A stretch of 64,000 nt of DNA, from the IMG/VR virus record IMGVR_UViG_3300020442_000008, positions 64,599 through 128,598 of that record; one strand, 5' to 3'. This DNA comes from a virus. A program made the translations under genes and the position numbers. Below, piece by piece: positions 55,215 through 64,000 of the stretch (positions are counted from its first letter, which is position 1; each line of letters begins with the position of its first letter). The notes under the pieces were generated by a model. That model had not been told where the DNA came from and did no database searches. It saw only the letters and a program-made list of their open reading frames with translations.

Positions 55215-56731
55215 GAAAACTGCGGAGCTTCAAAGAAATTATTACCATTTTCTGCCTCGATATCATTAAGATCCATATTGTCGGCCAGGTCTTTCAAGTC
55301 ACCCTTGTCTGTTACATTAAAATTATTTATTTCTAAATTTATAGAGTTTTTTCTTCTAGAACCATCTGGCATTTCTACGGGGGTTAATGCCCTGTATACA
55401 TCGGGACCTAGGTGTCTATGTTTTATGCACGTCAACCTATGTGTTCCAAAATCTGCAGGTTCATTCTGTAATTCGTCTAGAGTTTTTTGCCTTAAGCTTA
55501 ATAGGTGAGATGAGAATTGAATAATTCTATCACTCAAAGAAACTATACTTTCATCATCAACGATGGAATCAGAGTTTCTATTGCCAACTATACCTGACCT
55601 GTTACTTTGAACACTGGTCATCATGGCAATCATGGGCTCACCCTCAAATACAATTTCCTTCTGGACTAATCTTTTGAATTTATCAACCATTTCGCCAACT
55701 ACTTGCCATTCGGTTTTGGTGTTAAATTTTTCAAAAGTAGTTTTAATATAGTCAAAGCTTAATATCATTCTATTCCCCCTTCCAACTTTTGAGTAGTAGA
55801 ACCTTTTAACTACATTAATCATATTGTCCACTGACATTCCTCCTACGTTATAATAGTAGAATTTCATATCTTTAACTTGAGCCAATGCTTGCCTCATTTT
55901 TTTAACAACTTCTTCCCCTGCTCTTCTCCATTTTCCTGTTTCAATTAGGTGCAATTGCACTCCTGATAGGGCGGCACACTGCCTGTTCATGATTTCTTCC
56001 TTACTCATTTCCCCATTATCAAAATGAAGAACTGGAACATTTTTGTAAGCCATTGATGTCTTCGTGCAGAAGTCCATGCAAAATTGAGTCTTACCTACGC
56101 CAGACCTTGCGACGATAACAGTGATATTTCCTGGCCTAAGCAAAGAACCGTAAAGGTTATTTATTGTTTGGTGAGGCCCCATGAATCCATATTCTTCTAC
56201 TGGGTTTTCTCCACGCTCCTCGATGACATCTTCCATCTCTTCAAATATATTAACTGGAAGGTCGTCTCCTTCTTGGAATAGATCTACTTTTTTATTGTAA
56301 ATCTCGTCTGCGGTTTCTACGATCTCTGAATAAGTTGCTGTATTTGGTAGCTCCTGTATCTTTTTGGACATTTCTTCTGAGGCACTGCAAAGTGTCCGCT
56401 TTACTGTTAGTTTCTTTAATTCTCTTGCAGAAACTATTAGAGAGTCTTCCGAAACCCTCCTCATGGATAGTGCTTTAATATAGTCAAAGATATTTAAGTT
56501 ATCTTCAAATGATATCCCTAAGGAATTAACTCTTTCTGCAAGGATAATCTCATCAATCTTTTCTCCAGAAGATAAAGCCTGTCTGAGAACACAGAATATG
56601 GTTTTATTTACCTGGCTGGATAAATCGAAGAAATCTTCTTCAGAGATAAATGGTGCGATCTCGGCATACGCTCCGGGAAATTTTATTAAGCCCGCTAAAA
56701 GTTGTTGTTCGCATTCGTAGGAATATATCAT
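55211..56731 (-). CDS. dnaB: replicative DNA helicase
   Basis: EQQLLAGL N-domain, ARSGVGKT, EMS, FDYI, QSNR, KHR; TTGACA promoter upstream. Confidence 0.88.
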   Translation of the reverse strand: MIYSYECEQQLLAGLIKFPGAYAEIAPFISEEDFFDLSSQVNKTIFCVLRQALSSGEKIDEIILAERVNSLGISFEDNLNIFDYIKALSMRRVSEDSLIVSARELKKLTVKRTLCSASEEMSKKIQELPNTATYSEIVETADEIYNKKVDLFQEGDDLPVNIFEEMEDVIEERGENPVEEYGFMGPHQTINNLYGSLLRPGNITVIVARSGVGKTQFCMDFCTKTSMAYKNVPVLHFDNGEMSKEEIMNRQCAALSGVQLHLIETGKWRRAGEEVVKKMRQALAQVKDMKFYYYNVGGMSVDNMINVVKRFYYSKVGRGNRMILSFDYIKTTFEKFNTKTEWQVVGEMVDKFKRLVQKEIVFEGEPMIAMMTSVQSNRSGIVGNRNSDSIVDDESIVSLSDRIIQFSSHLLSLRQKTLDELQNEPADFGTHRLTCIKHRHLGPDVYRALTPVEMPDGSRRKNSINLEINNFNVTDKGDLKDLADNMDLNDIEAENGNNFFEAPQFS

Positions 56732-56780
56732 ATGTTTTATAATATAACAGCTATGGCTGTTTTTGTCAAGGAATTAAGTC

Positions 56781-57038
56781 TTATTCCCCAGGATTAATAT
56801 CTGGTCTTGTGAGCATAGAACACTCTTCGAGGTAGTCTTCTGCAGCCTTCCTTAAGCCCATATCTATGACTGCTGAGCATGATTGAGAAATTATCTGAGG
56901 TGTTCCAGACTGGTCTGCGAAGATTAAAATAAATCCTTTATTTTCCTCAGACGATCCAGAAAATTCATATATTTGATTCATTAAATTCGCCGGCATGGAG
57001 AATTCTGGCAAAGAATCTGGATTGATACCGTCACTCAT
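56781..57038 (-). CDS. hypothetical protein
   Basis: GTGTA-10 nt-ATG. Confidence 0.65.
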   Translation of the reverse strand: MSDGINPDSLPEFSMPANLMNQIYEFSGSSEENKGFILIFADQSGTPQIISQSCSAVIDMGLRKAAEDYLEECSMLTRPDINPGE

Positions 57039-57444
57039 CACATTTAATTACACTAGAAATTTTCTTTTTTGAGATTTCATCATCATAATATATCTCAACT
57101 AGCTTGATATCGTTTTTCTCGCAAAACTCTCTTTTCTGGTGATCTCTTCTTAATTGAGAGATGTAGTTTGCTTTATTTTTGCCATGAAAGAAAGGTGTGT
57201 ATTTTGTATGCTGTTTACCCTGAACTTCTATCGCTATTTTTTTTGTAGCATTATAGAAATCCAAAGTTAACTTTGAGCCTGCTACGGGAAATTCTTCGAA
57301 TACAACATGATTACCCCACAGTTCTTTTAGTATTTTTTTGACAGCGAATTGTATTTTGCTTCTACTAGGGCCGTTCCATTTTATTTTATACTTGTGGGAT
57401 TTAGGTACTCTTTTGAGCACCCCGAATAAAGTCTTAAACTGCAT
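57031..57444 (-). CDS. Vsr/DUF559-like endonuclease
   Basis: LDFY...IAIEVQGKQH...RDHQKREFC...LVEI. Confidence 0.75.
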   Translation of the reverse strand: MQFKTLFGVLKRVPKSHKYKIKWNGPSRSKIQFAVKKILKELWGNHVVFEEFPVAGSKLTLDFYNATKKIAIEVQGKQHTKYTPFFHGKNKANYISQLRRDHQKREFCEKNDIKLVEIYYDDEISKKKISSVIKCDE

Positions 57445-58525
57445 CGCTAAATTTCTTAAACTCTCCGTATAAAAAATTAGATAGACTTTCGTTTGATTCT
57501 AGATAGGTTAGTAGCTTTTGTTCTCCTTGAAATTTGCTTTCGTATTCAATTGAATTACTTTCCAGTTCTGCAATAAGTTCTTCTGAAAAAGATATCCATG
57601 CTCCCTTTTTTACTGCCATTTGAAATGCGAACATCATATCTAGAACTTCCTTTTCTTTCCATACAGAATTACCCCCAGTCCTGCCATACCTTATTGGGTA
57701 TCTGACTTGCGCCCCGGTCTTTTCATTGACGCTTTTACGAAATCTAATTTTACAATAATGCCCTATCGGGTCTCCCTTGTCCTCTATTCTTGTAGCAGAA
57801 GGGTTTGAGAACATTATATCTGAGGTATATCTTTCTTCAAATTCTAAAATAAAATTGGCGTAATGTTTTACTGCGTTACCTCCAGCTTGTTTGGTTTTGG
57901 GTCCACCTCTAGATGCATAGGGGTTGGTTGCAACCTCCACCCTAACTTGACTAGTGAGAATCATTAGATGTCCCATTTTGCTGACGGGTAGTACCATTTT
58001 CTTCAAGAAAACAGAAGTTATTAACGCTCCTCCGGCGACCTGCTCTGGTTCGTCAAAGCCTTTTTCTAGATCATTTATTCTACAGAGTGCGTCAACACTA
58101 TCTATTATAAACATATACTTTCTTTCGTCCTTGTTTTCCATTACTAGGTTTCTGACTAGTTCAAAAACCTTTTCGAACACATTGCAATCAAATACGAAAA
58201 AACGATTAGGGTCTGTATCTACCCCACTTCTTTCTAGTATATTTTGGCTGAGCCTTCCTTCAGATTTAACTACTACAACCATGGCTTTTTCTCCGAAATG
58301 ATCTTGGAAATTTTTAGCAAAAGATAGGGCACAGCTAGTCTTCCCTCCTTCGTTGACTCCCGTAAACCTATGTGCTCCTGATGTTAAACCTCCACCCATG
58401 GCGATATCTAAGTTTAAACTTCCAGAGGGTATTTTGTAGTTAAGTTCTTCAAAGTTATTGAAGTGGTATTTCTTGTTGTTTTTATCGTTTAAAAACTGCT
58501 CTATTTGTTCTTGCGTACTATTCAT
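57434..58525 (-). CDS. recA: RecA/UvsX-like recombinase
   Basis: IPSGSLNLDIAMGGG, GVNEGGKT, IIDSV, SQVR, GGNAVKHYA. Confidence 0.88.
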   Translation of the reverse strand: MNSTQEQIEQFLNDKNNKKYHFNNFEELNYKIPSGSLNLDIAMGGGLTSGAHRFTGVNEGGKTSCALSFAKNFQDHFGEKAMVVVVKSEGRLSQNILERSGVDTDPNRFFVFDCNVFEKVFELVRNLVMENKDERKYMFIIDSVDALCRINDLEKGFDEPEQVAGGALITSVFLKKMVLPVSKMGHLMILTSQVRVEVATNPYASRGGPKTKQAGGNAVKHYANFILEFEERYTSDIMFSNPSATRIEDKGDPIGHYCKIRFRKSVNEKTGAQVRYPIRYGRTGGNSVWKEKEVLDMMFAFQMAVKKGAWISFSEELIAELESNSIEYESKFQGEQKLLTYLESNESLSNFLYGEFKKFSDAV

Positions 58526-58838
58526 TTAAAAAATCTTTTATGTTTTTTGGTTTTTTTTCAATTTGTTTATCTTCTCCCCAAGAAAAGGAAAACGTATCTT
58601 GCTTCTCTTGGTCTTGTATGTAGTTTCTATATTTTAACGAAAGAATGTTGGCGCCTTTCTTTGTCTTGAAGAAAAATAGGCTTGTTATCTCAAAGTCAAA
58701 ACTAACGTTGTTCCAGAATAACTCTTCTGGGTATAGTTTGATTAAGCTTTTAAGTATTGATACTTGCTTGAAGTAAGCTTGAGAGCTTACAATTAGATCT
58801 TTTGAAATAAGTCTTTCTACAATCTTTCTCTTATTCAC
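58518..58838 (-). CDS. hypothetical protein
   Basis: TTGACT/TATACT leaderless promoter upstream. Confidence 0.65.
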   Translation of the reverse strand: MNKRKIVERLISKDLIVSSQAYFKQVSILKSLIKLYPEELFWNNVSFDFEITSLFFFKTKKGANILSLKYRNYIQDQEKQDTFSFSWGEDKQIEKKPKNIKDFLNE

Positions 58839-58861
58839 GAGTTGAGTATAGCATATAAATT

Positions 58862-60811
58862 TTATATAGTCAAGAAATTATATTTAGGAATATTGTATGT
58901 TATAAATTTTTTGATGGCTCTCTTGTATTCAAATTCTAGATCTGTTTCATCTTTTACTTCTTTTAATACATTAACAATTTCGTGGAAGTATTGATTTGAA
59001 AGCTTGCAGTGGTTTTCTGGAATAATGAATTGATGTATTCTGTTTCCTTCTTGAATTGATAAAAGCTTGCCAGATTCATGGTCTTGACATATCTCTTGTA
59101 TGTTTGTATTCTTTAAGATATCTATTACACTAGATGTATCTACCGCTTTTTGGTATGAATCTTCTAAGGATTTAATCATTTCCTCTTTGTCCTTTATTAG
59201 TTCGTTTTGTTTGGAAATTTTTATATTATTCTGATCTATTTGCTTTAGGGCGCTTTTATTTTTACTCTCAATCTGCCTGTTTTCGAGGGTAGATTCTTCA
59301 AGTATTTTTTTTATGTTTTGCATCTTTTCGTATTCTGATTGTTTTTCTTTTTCGAATGAATCTTTTTCTGATGCGTATTTTTCTTGATTTTTCTTTAGCT
59401 CATCCTGCTTTGGTTTGAGATCTTTGATCGCTAAATCATATTCTGATTGCTGTTTTTCTAATTCTTCTTTAAGGCCAGAAATTGCACTTGATATTTCTTT
59501 TTCTGCAGACTGTTGGTTTTTTACTAGGTTTTTCATATCAGTAAGCTCTTGATCTTTTAGGGATAATTCTTCTTTCTTTTTCCTAAGACTCTCTTCTGAT
59601 TCAGCTAGTTCATTTTGATTTTCCTCTACAGATTCATTCATGGACTTACAGGAATCTTTTTTATACGCAAGTTCCTTTTCTGAAGATTTAATCTTTGCGT
59701 TGATTTCGTCTAAATGTTTTTTTGCTTTCCTATATTCTGGTTGGCTTTTTGGAAGGTACTTTTCAATACTTATATTTGCTGCGATAACCAATAAAATTGC
59801 CAAGGGGTCGAATACTAAAACTAAAATAATGATTACTATTCTCACCGCTTGCGATATATCAAATTCTTTTCCTGTAAAATCTGCAATAGCTTCTGCCACA
59901 TACTTTACAGGTCCGACTTCTGCCTCAAGCTCTCTAGCGCTGTCCTGGAATCCTATTTTTTCAACTTCTAATAAGTCGATTCTTCCATGGGCTTCAGCAA
60001 TGTTTTTTGAGAACTCTTCTATTTGGGGTAGTGTGGACGTGTCTTTTTGGCTGCTAAGGTTTCTGAATGATGTAATTTTATCTTCAATTATTTTAATTTT
60101 GTTTTGCGCAGCGCTTCGGAAATTATCTATATTCGAGTTATAGGTTGATATTTTTTGAATTATAGACTCCCTTATTGGCGCTTGTTGGGTTTTTAATTCT
60201 TCAATTTTTTTCTTTTTATTAGAAAATAATCCTCCTGAAGATTTTTCTAGATCTTTTAAGGCTTCGTCTAGCTCTTCTAATTGTTCATTTTGTTGCACAA
60301 TCCTGCTTTGTTCAAAGGACATGTCTTTGTTTAATTGCTCTGTAATGTCTTTGATTTTTTGAGTTTCTTGGTCAATGTCTAGTCTTGCAGTACTGGCGGT
60401 ACTAGTGGTACTTTCTTTTAAGGATTGAATTTGTTGTTTTTGCCGCTCTATGTAATCTTTTTCTCTATCTATTTTACTGTCTATAGTCTCGGCCATAGCA
60501 ATAGATCTTTGGGTATTGGTTTCATGCTCAATATGAGCCCTTGATAGAAAACCAAAAATACCCATGCTGGTGATCCCCATTAATACTAAAGTCGCAAAGC
60601 TTAAATAGCTTTTAACTAAAAAGGGTGAACTTTTCCAGTTTCTATGAAGCCATATTGCGGTTACGATTTTACCTATCTCGAGTACTCCACCCATGATGAT
60701 AACGGATGTTATAGAGCCTGGGAAGATCGTGGCCAATCCAATAACGCTAAAATAAGCTGCAACAGCAGATATGCTGAGGGCAGATAATAAATACAATATG
60801 CAGAAAAACAT
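58862..60811 (-). CDS. membrane-anchored long coiled-coil protein
   Basis: three N-terminal TM helices, IILVLVFDPLAILLVIAA internal TM, extensive heptads. Confidence 0.75.
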   Translation of the reverse strand: MFFCILYLLSALSISAVAAYFSVIGLATIFPGSITSVIIMGGVLEIGKIVTAIWLHRNWKSSPFLVKSYLSFATLVLMGITSMGIFGFLSRAHIEHETNTQRSIAMAETIDSKIDREKDYIERQKQQIQSLKESTTSTASTARLDIDQETQKIKDITEQLNKDMSFEQSRIVQQNEQLEELDEALKDLEKSSGGLFSNKKKKIEELKTQQAPIRESIIQKISTYNSNIDNFRSAAQNKIKIIEDKITSFRNLSSQKDTSTLPQIEEFSKNIAEAHGRIDLLEVEKIGFQDSARELEAEVGPVKYVAEAIADFTGKEFDISQAVRIVIIILVLVFDPLAILLVIAANISIEKYLPKSQPEYRKAKKHLDEINAKIKSSEKELAYKKDSCKSMNESVEENQNELAESEESLRKKKEELSLKDQELTDMKNLVKNQQSAEKEISSAISGLKEELEKQQSEYDLAIKDLKPKQDELKKNQEKYASEKDSFEKEKQSEYEKMQNIKKILEESTLENRQIESKNKSALKQIDQNNIKISKQNELIKDKEEMIKSLEDSYQKAVDTSSVIDILKNTNIQEICQDHESGKLLSIQEGNRIHQFIIPENHCKLSNQYFHEIVNVLKEVKDETDLEFEYKRAIKKFITYNIPKYNFLTI

Positions 60812-61035
60812 TACTTTCCTTCTTTGTTTGAGTTTGGGAAAAAGTTAGGGTGTGCTTGTTTGTTGTTTTCACCTAATCCGCTATTACAATTTGAGTAATA
60901 ATGCTCTGTGTTATCGTTACCATAGTATCCTCGATCTCCTTTTTTCTTACTGGGATCGTGCTCAGTTTGGTTTGAATAGTTTGGTTTACTAAGGTTTGAT
61001 GAATTGTTATTGTTCGGGTAATCTATATTACTCAT
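60811..61035 (-). CDS. hypothetical Asn-rich protein
   Basis: GTGTA-12 nt-ATG; coupled to the next ORF. Confidence 0.55.
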   Translation of the reverse strand: MSNIDYPNNNNSSNLSKPNYSNQTEHDPSKKKGDRGYYGNDNTEHYYSNCNSGLGENNKQAHPNFFPNSNKEGK

Positions 61036-61053
61036 GGCTATAATAATTACACA

Positions 61054-61248
61054 TTAATCAATGATTTCTAGAACTTCTTCTTTTTTTATATGAAGCTCTT
61101 CGTGTGACTCTTTATCTTGTATTACTACAAAACCCTGCCCGTCCAGTGGTCCTCCAGACTCTTCATATTCATCTATAATAAAACCTTTTCTGTTTTTACC
61201 TTTACATAGATATATGCAGGCTCTAGGATAATCTCCAAAATTTTTCAT
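61054..61248 (-). CDS. hypothetical protein
   Basis: GTGTA-9 nt-ATG. Confidence 0.6.
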   Translation of the reverse strand: MKNFGDYPRACIYLCKGKNRKGFIIDEYEESGGPLDGQGFVVIQDKESHEELHIKKEEVLEIID

Positions 61249-61270
61249 GTACGAAGGTACACTTTATCCT

Positions 61271-62284
61271 TTAAAAATCGTCTTCTAGGGCCCCGCTTTG
61301 TTGATATTCCCTAACTCTTCTTTCGAAAAAGTTACCCATGGCCTGCACATCAACAACTTCACTTAACCATGGAAAAGGGTTTTTATCACTTGGAAATCTA
61401 TAGTCTAACCCAATAGCTTCTAGTCTTCTATTTCCTATGTAGTACATGTAGTCTACAAACATTTCGGCATTTAGACCTAGAATTCCAGTTGGCAAAACAT
61501 CGTGTGCATACGCAATTTCTAGTTCTACAGCTTTCTTGATGTGGTTTGTGAACTCTTCTTGTATTGATTTTGTCCAAATTCCTGGGTTTTGTTCTATAAG
61601 GGTATTTATTAAATAGGTTCCAAAGGCTATGTGAGAACTTTCATCTCTTAATGTATATTTAATTTGATCTGATATTCCTTGGAGTTTGTTTTGCCTGCCT
61701 AGTGCAAGTAGCATGGCAAAGCCGCTGAAGAAAAAAGTTCCTTCGCAGACTATCCAGTATGTTAGGAAATTTCTTAAAATTTCTTGTTTTCCTTCTTTTG
61801 AGTGAGGGTTAAAGTCTTGCCTGCTAATGTCATTAGTAATCTCCATGAGGAAATCGTCTTTAGCTTTTATACTGGGAATTGTTTCGTATGCTGTGAATAC
61901 CTCATCTATATCTAGATCTAAGCTGTCGCATATATAAACTATCGTGAGGTTGTGAAGGCTTTCTTCAAACGCTTGACGAAGGATATACTGGCGGCACTCA
62001 GCGTCAGTAATAAATCTAAAGGCACTAAGCAAAAGATTATTACCAACCAGAGACTCAGATCCAGCAAAAAACCCAAGACAGCGTTTGACAAGTAGTTTCT
62101 CATCTTCTGTAATTTCATTATTTTTCCATTGTTTAATGTCGTTCTGCATAGATATTTCTGTGGGCATCCAGTTATTGGCGCAACTCTTAATAAAGAGATC
62201 CCATGCATATTTGTGTTTATGAGGTAAAATTCTATTTACGCCCGCGATATTTTTAGTAAGTAGTTCTCCTGTTTTGTCTTTCAT
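61271..62284 (-). CDS. nrdB: ribonucleotide reductase beta subunit, class Ic-like
   Basis: NWMPTEI, QAFEESLH, EGTFFFSGF, RDESSH, NFFERRVREY. Confidence 0.92.
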   Translation of the reverse strand: MKDKTGELLTKNIAGVNRILPHKHKYAWDLFIKSCANNWMPTEISMQNDIKQWKNNEITEDEKLLVKRCLGFFAGSESLVGNNLLLSAFRFITDAECRQYILRQAFEESLHNLTIVYICDSLDLDIDEVFTAYETIPSIKAKDDFLMEITNDISRQDFNPHSKEGKQEILRNFLTYWIVCEGTFFFSGFAMLLALGRQNKLQGISDQIKYTLRDESSHIAFGTYLINTLIEQNPGIWTKSIQEEFTNHIKKAVELEIAYAHDVLPTGILGLNAEMFVDYMYYIGNRRLEAIGLDYRFPSDKNPFPWLSEVVDVQAMGNFFERRVREYQQSGALEDDF

Positions 62285-62329
62285 GTTTTATTATATTAAT
62301 ATAAATAACGGAGCTAGTCAAGAAAAAGA

Positions 62330-62974
62330 TTACTCTTCTTTATTTTTTATGGGGCAAATCTGTATAATAAGTTGGTCTCTTATGTCCTGAGGAGAGTTAA
62401 ACCATTTGATCGACGTATCCTGTCTCATTTCTTGTATCTTCTTTTCTTTCTCAATGAGTGAAAGCTCTAACTCTTCAATTAAATCCATGCTAATATTAGA
62501 TATATCTATATCTAAATCAAATGAGATGTTAATTAAATCTTCTATTTTATTATTTTCTTTCGCTTCTGATGCGGTTATGAACATCTGCTTGGCTTCCTCT
62601 TCTTCGCCTGGGTTTTTGTCGGGGTGTGTCGCTTTTGCAATTTCTCTGTAAATTGATTTAACTTCTTCAGAGTCTTCCGTTTTGTCTTTGTCTTCCTTAT
62701 TATCTTGTTTTGGTATATTGCATAATGGACTGACTGCATCTGGGTTCTTTGCGCAAAAGTCTCTTATGGAGGAAAAGAATTCGTGCTTCGCTTTTTCAAG
62801 CAAGTCACTCGTTTCTTGGAACTCTATATCTAGGTATTTAGTTTTGTGCTTTAGCTTGCGAATTATCTTGGCTTTTTCTGGGTCAATCTCTTTATGCTGT
62901 TTCTTTTTGGATTTTCCAGATGTATTATATTTGTCAATTTCTTGACGTTTCCAATTTTTAAACATATCGAACAT
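62330..62974 (-). CDS. J-domain (DnaJ-like) protein (start revised)
   Basis: IYREIAKATHPDKNPG; GTGTA-9 nt-ATG at 62974. Confidence 0.75.
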   Translation of the reverse strand: MFDMFKNWKRQEIDKYNTSGKSKKKQHKEIDPEKAKIIRKLKHKTKYLDIEFQETSDLLEKAKHEFFSSIRDFCAKNPDAVSPLCNIPKQDNKEDKDKTEDSEEVKSIYREIAKATHPDKNPGEEEEAKQMFITASEAKENNKIEDLINISFDLDIDISNISMDLIEELELSLIEKEKKIQEMRQDTSIKWFNSPQDIRDQLIIQICPIKNKEE

Positions 62975-62988
62975 AATTTTATTTACAC

Positions 62989-63017
62989 AAAAAAAGGGGC
63001 TCCACAAGGGAGCCCCT
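62989..63017 (-). terminator. intrinsic terminator
   Basis: AGGGGCTCC-CTTGT-GGAGCCCCT followed by a T-tract on the minus strand. Confidence 0.8.
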
Positions 63018-63040
63018 AGGAACTTTAGCTTAGCTAAATA

Positions 63041-64000
63041 TTAGTCTGTGACAATGATGTCCATTTTGTAGTTATTTCCAACAAGATTGTCAGAAAATAC
63101 AAATTTACATCCTGTAGTTTCAACATCCCCGACAAGCATGGGAATAATAATTGAAGCCGAAGCGTCAGAATTCCTCATCATTCCAGCAACTGCTGGTGTG
63201 CTTGTGAAGGCAGTCATACCAAGATCACTCACGAAGTTAATCTCGACAGATTCATCTCCGCTATTAAGCGATAGAGTTGCAACCTGTGTTGTTTTTTCTT
63301 CGAGTCCAAGTCTGGTATCGATACTAGCAACCTTAGCGGCCTCGGTGCTTTCTTCAAGAGAAACACGAGTGTCAATGCTGGCTACGTCTGTAGAGCGATT
63401 GTCTTCTTCTGCGCCAACTCTTGTGTCAAGACTTCCGACCTTAGCGGCCTCGGTGCTTTCTTCAAGAGAAACACGAGTGTCAATGCTGGCTACGTCTGTA
63501 GAGCGATTGTCTTCTTCTGCGCCAACTCTTGTGTCAAGACTTCCGACCTTAGCGGCCTCGGTGCTTTCTTCAAGAGAAACGCGAGTGTCAATGCTGGCTA
63601 CGTCTGTAGAGCGATTGTCTTCTTCTGCGCCAACTCTTGTGTCAAGACTTCCAACCTTAGCGGCCTCGGTGCTTTCTTCAAGAGAAACGCGAGTGTCAAT
63701 GCTGGCTACGTCTGTAGAACGAGCATTTTCTTCTAGACCGATTCTTGTATCGATGCTGGCAATTTCTTCAGAGTCATTACCTGCATTAGCTGCGATTCTT
63801 GTATCGATACTATCTACGTCTGTAGAACGATTGTTTTCTTCTGCGCCGACTCTTGTGTCAAGACTTCCAACCTTAGCGGCCTCGGTGCTTTCTTCAAGAG
63901 AAACACGGGTGTCAATGCTGGCTACGTCTGAAGAACGATTGTCTTCTTCTGCGCCGACTCTTGTGTCAAGACTTCCGACCTTAGCGGCCTCGGTGCTTTC
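63041..64000 (-). CDS. 3' part of a coiled-coil fibre protein (5' end outside window)
   Basis: frame is open from the window end into the listed 63-aa ORF; 36-aa repeats. Confidence 0.8.
   Translation of the reverse strand, partial: ESTEAAKVGSLDTRVGAEEDNRSSDVASIDTRVSLEESTEAAKVGSLDTRVGAEENNRSTDVDSIDTRIAANAGNDSEEIASIDTRIGLEENARSTDVASIDTRVSLEESTEAAKVGSLDTRVGAEEDNRSTDVASIDTRVSLEESTEAAKVGSLDTRVGAEEDNRSTDVASIDTRVSLEESTEAAKVGSLDTRVGAEEDNRSTDVASIDTRVSLEESTEAAKVASIDTRLGLEEKTTQVATLSLNSGDESVEINFVSDLGMTAFTSTPAVAGMMRNSDASASIIIPMLVGDVETTGCKFVFSDNLVGNNYKMDIIVTD
63331..64000 (-). repeat. 108-bp coding tandem repeat
   Basis: CCTTAGCGGC recurs at 63331, 63439, 63547, 63655, 63871 and 63979; one divergent unit near 63763. 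Confidence 0.92.

Noticed and set aside
39245-62284. Inteins or introns in terL, dnaE, dnaB, recA and nrdB
   Set aside because: Protein lengths and motif spacing leave no room for insertions, and no splice motifs were seen.
1-64000. Stop-codon reassignment
   Set aside because: Core genes are intact in code 11 and TAA, TAG and TGA all end credible genes; the short early ORFs are bounded by their own promoters.

Overview
The window is a segment of a large, AT-rich, lytic-type tailed dsDNA phage genome in the standard genetic code; no tRNA, CRISPR array or integrase was seen. (1) 1-13950 is a putative early/host-takeover region of dozens of tiny ORFs in two convergent arms (+ strand to ~8000, - strand from ~13900). 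Most of these ORFs have their own sigma70-type promoter placed to give leaderless mRNA. Eight 82-bp elements, each two 27-bp pseudo-palindromes at a fixed 55-bp period, divide the region into cassette-like modules. It also holds a separately transcribed ~370-nt structured ncRNA candidate with a boxB/boxA leader. (2) 14100-35500 encodes Hsp20 under a sigma54-type promoter, glycosyl/methyltransferases, a 3847-aa virion-like protein, an orphan Xre/MbcA-type antitoxin domain, PhoH and a putative lysis cassette built around a papain-like peptidase. (3) 35500-46100 encodes a phage sigma factor, an ERCC4 nuclease, TerL, protease/scaffold, major capsid and head-completion genes; many of these and other non-early genes are preceded by a GTGTA-N9/10-ATG motif. 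(4) 46100-64000 (- strand) encodes ClpC, a three-piece C-family polymerase (PHP, exonuclease, core), NUDIX, a Cas4/AddB-like nuclease, primase, DnaB, RecA, a tyrosine-less class Ic-type NrdB, a J-domain protein and a repeat-rich fibre. The NrdB type weakly hints at a PVC-superphylum host (inference). All protein calls come from motif recognition by eye, not from database searches.
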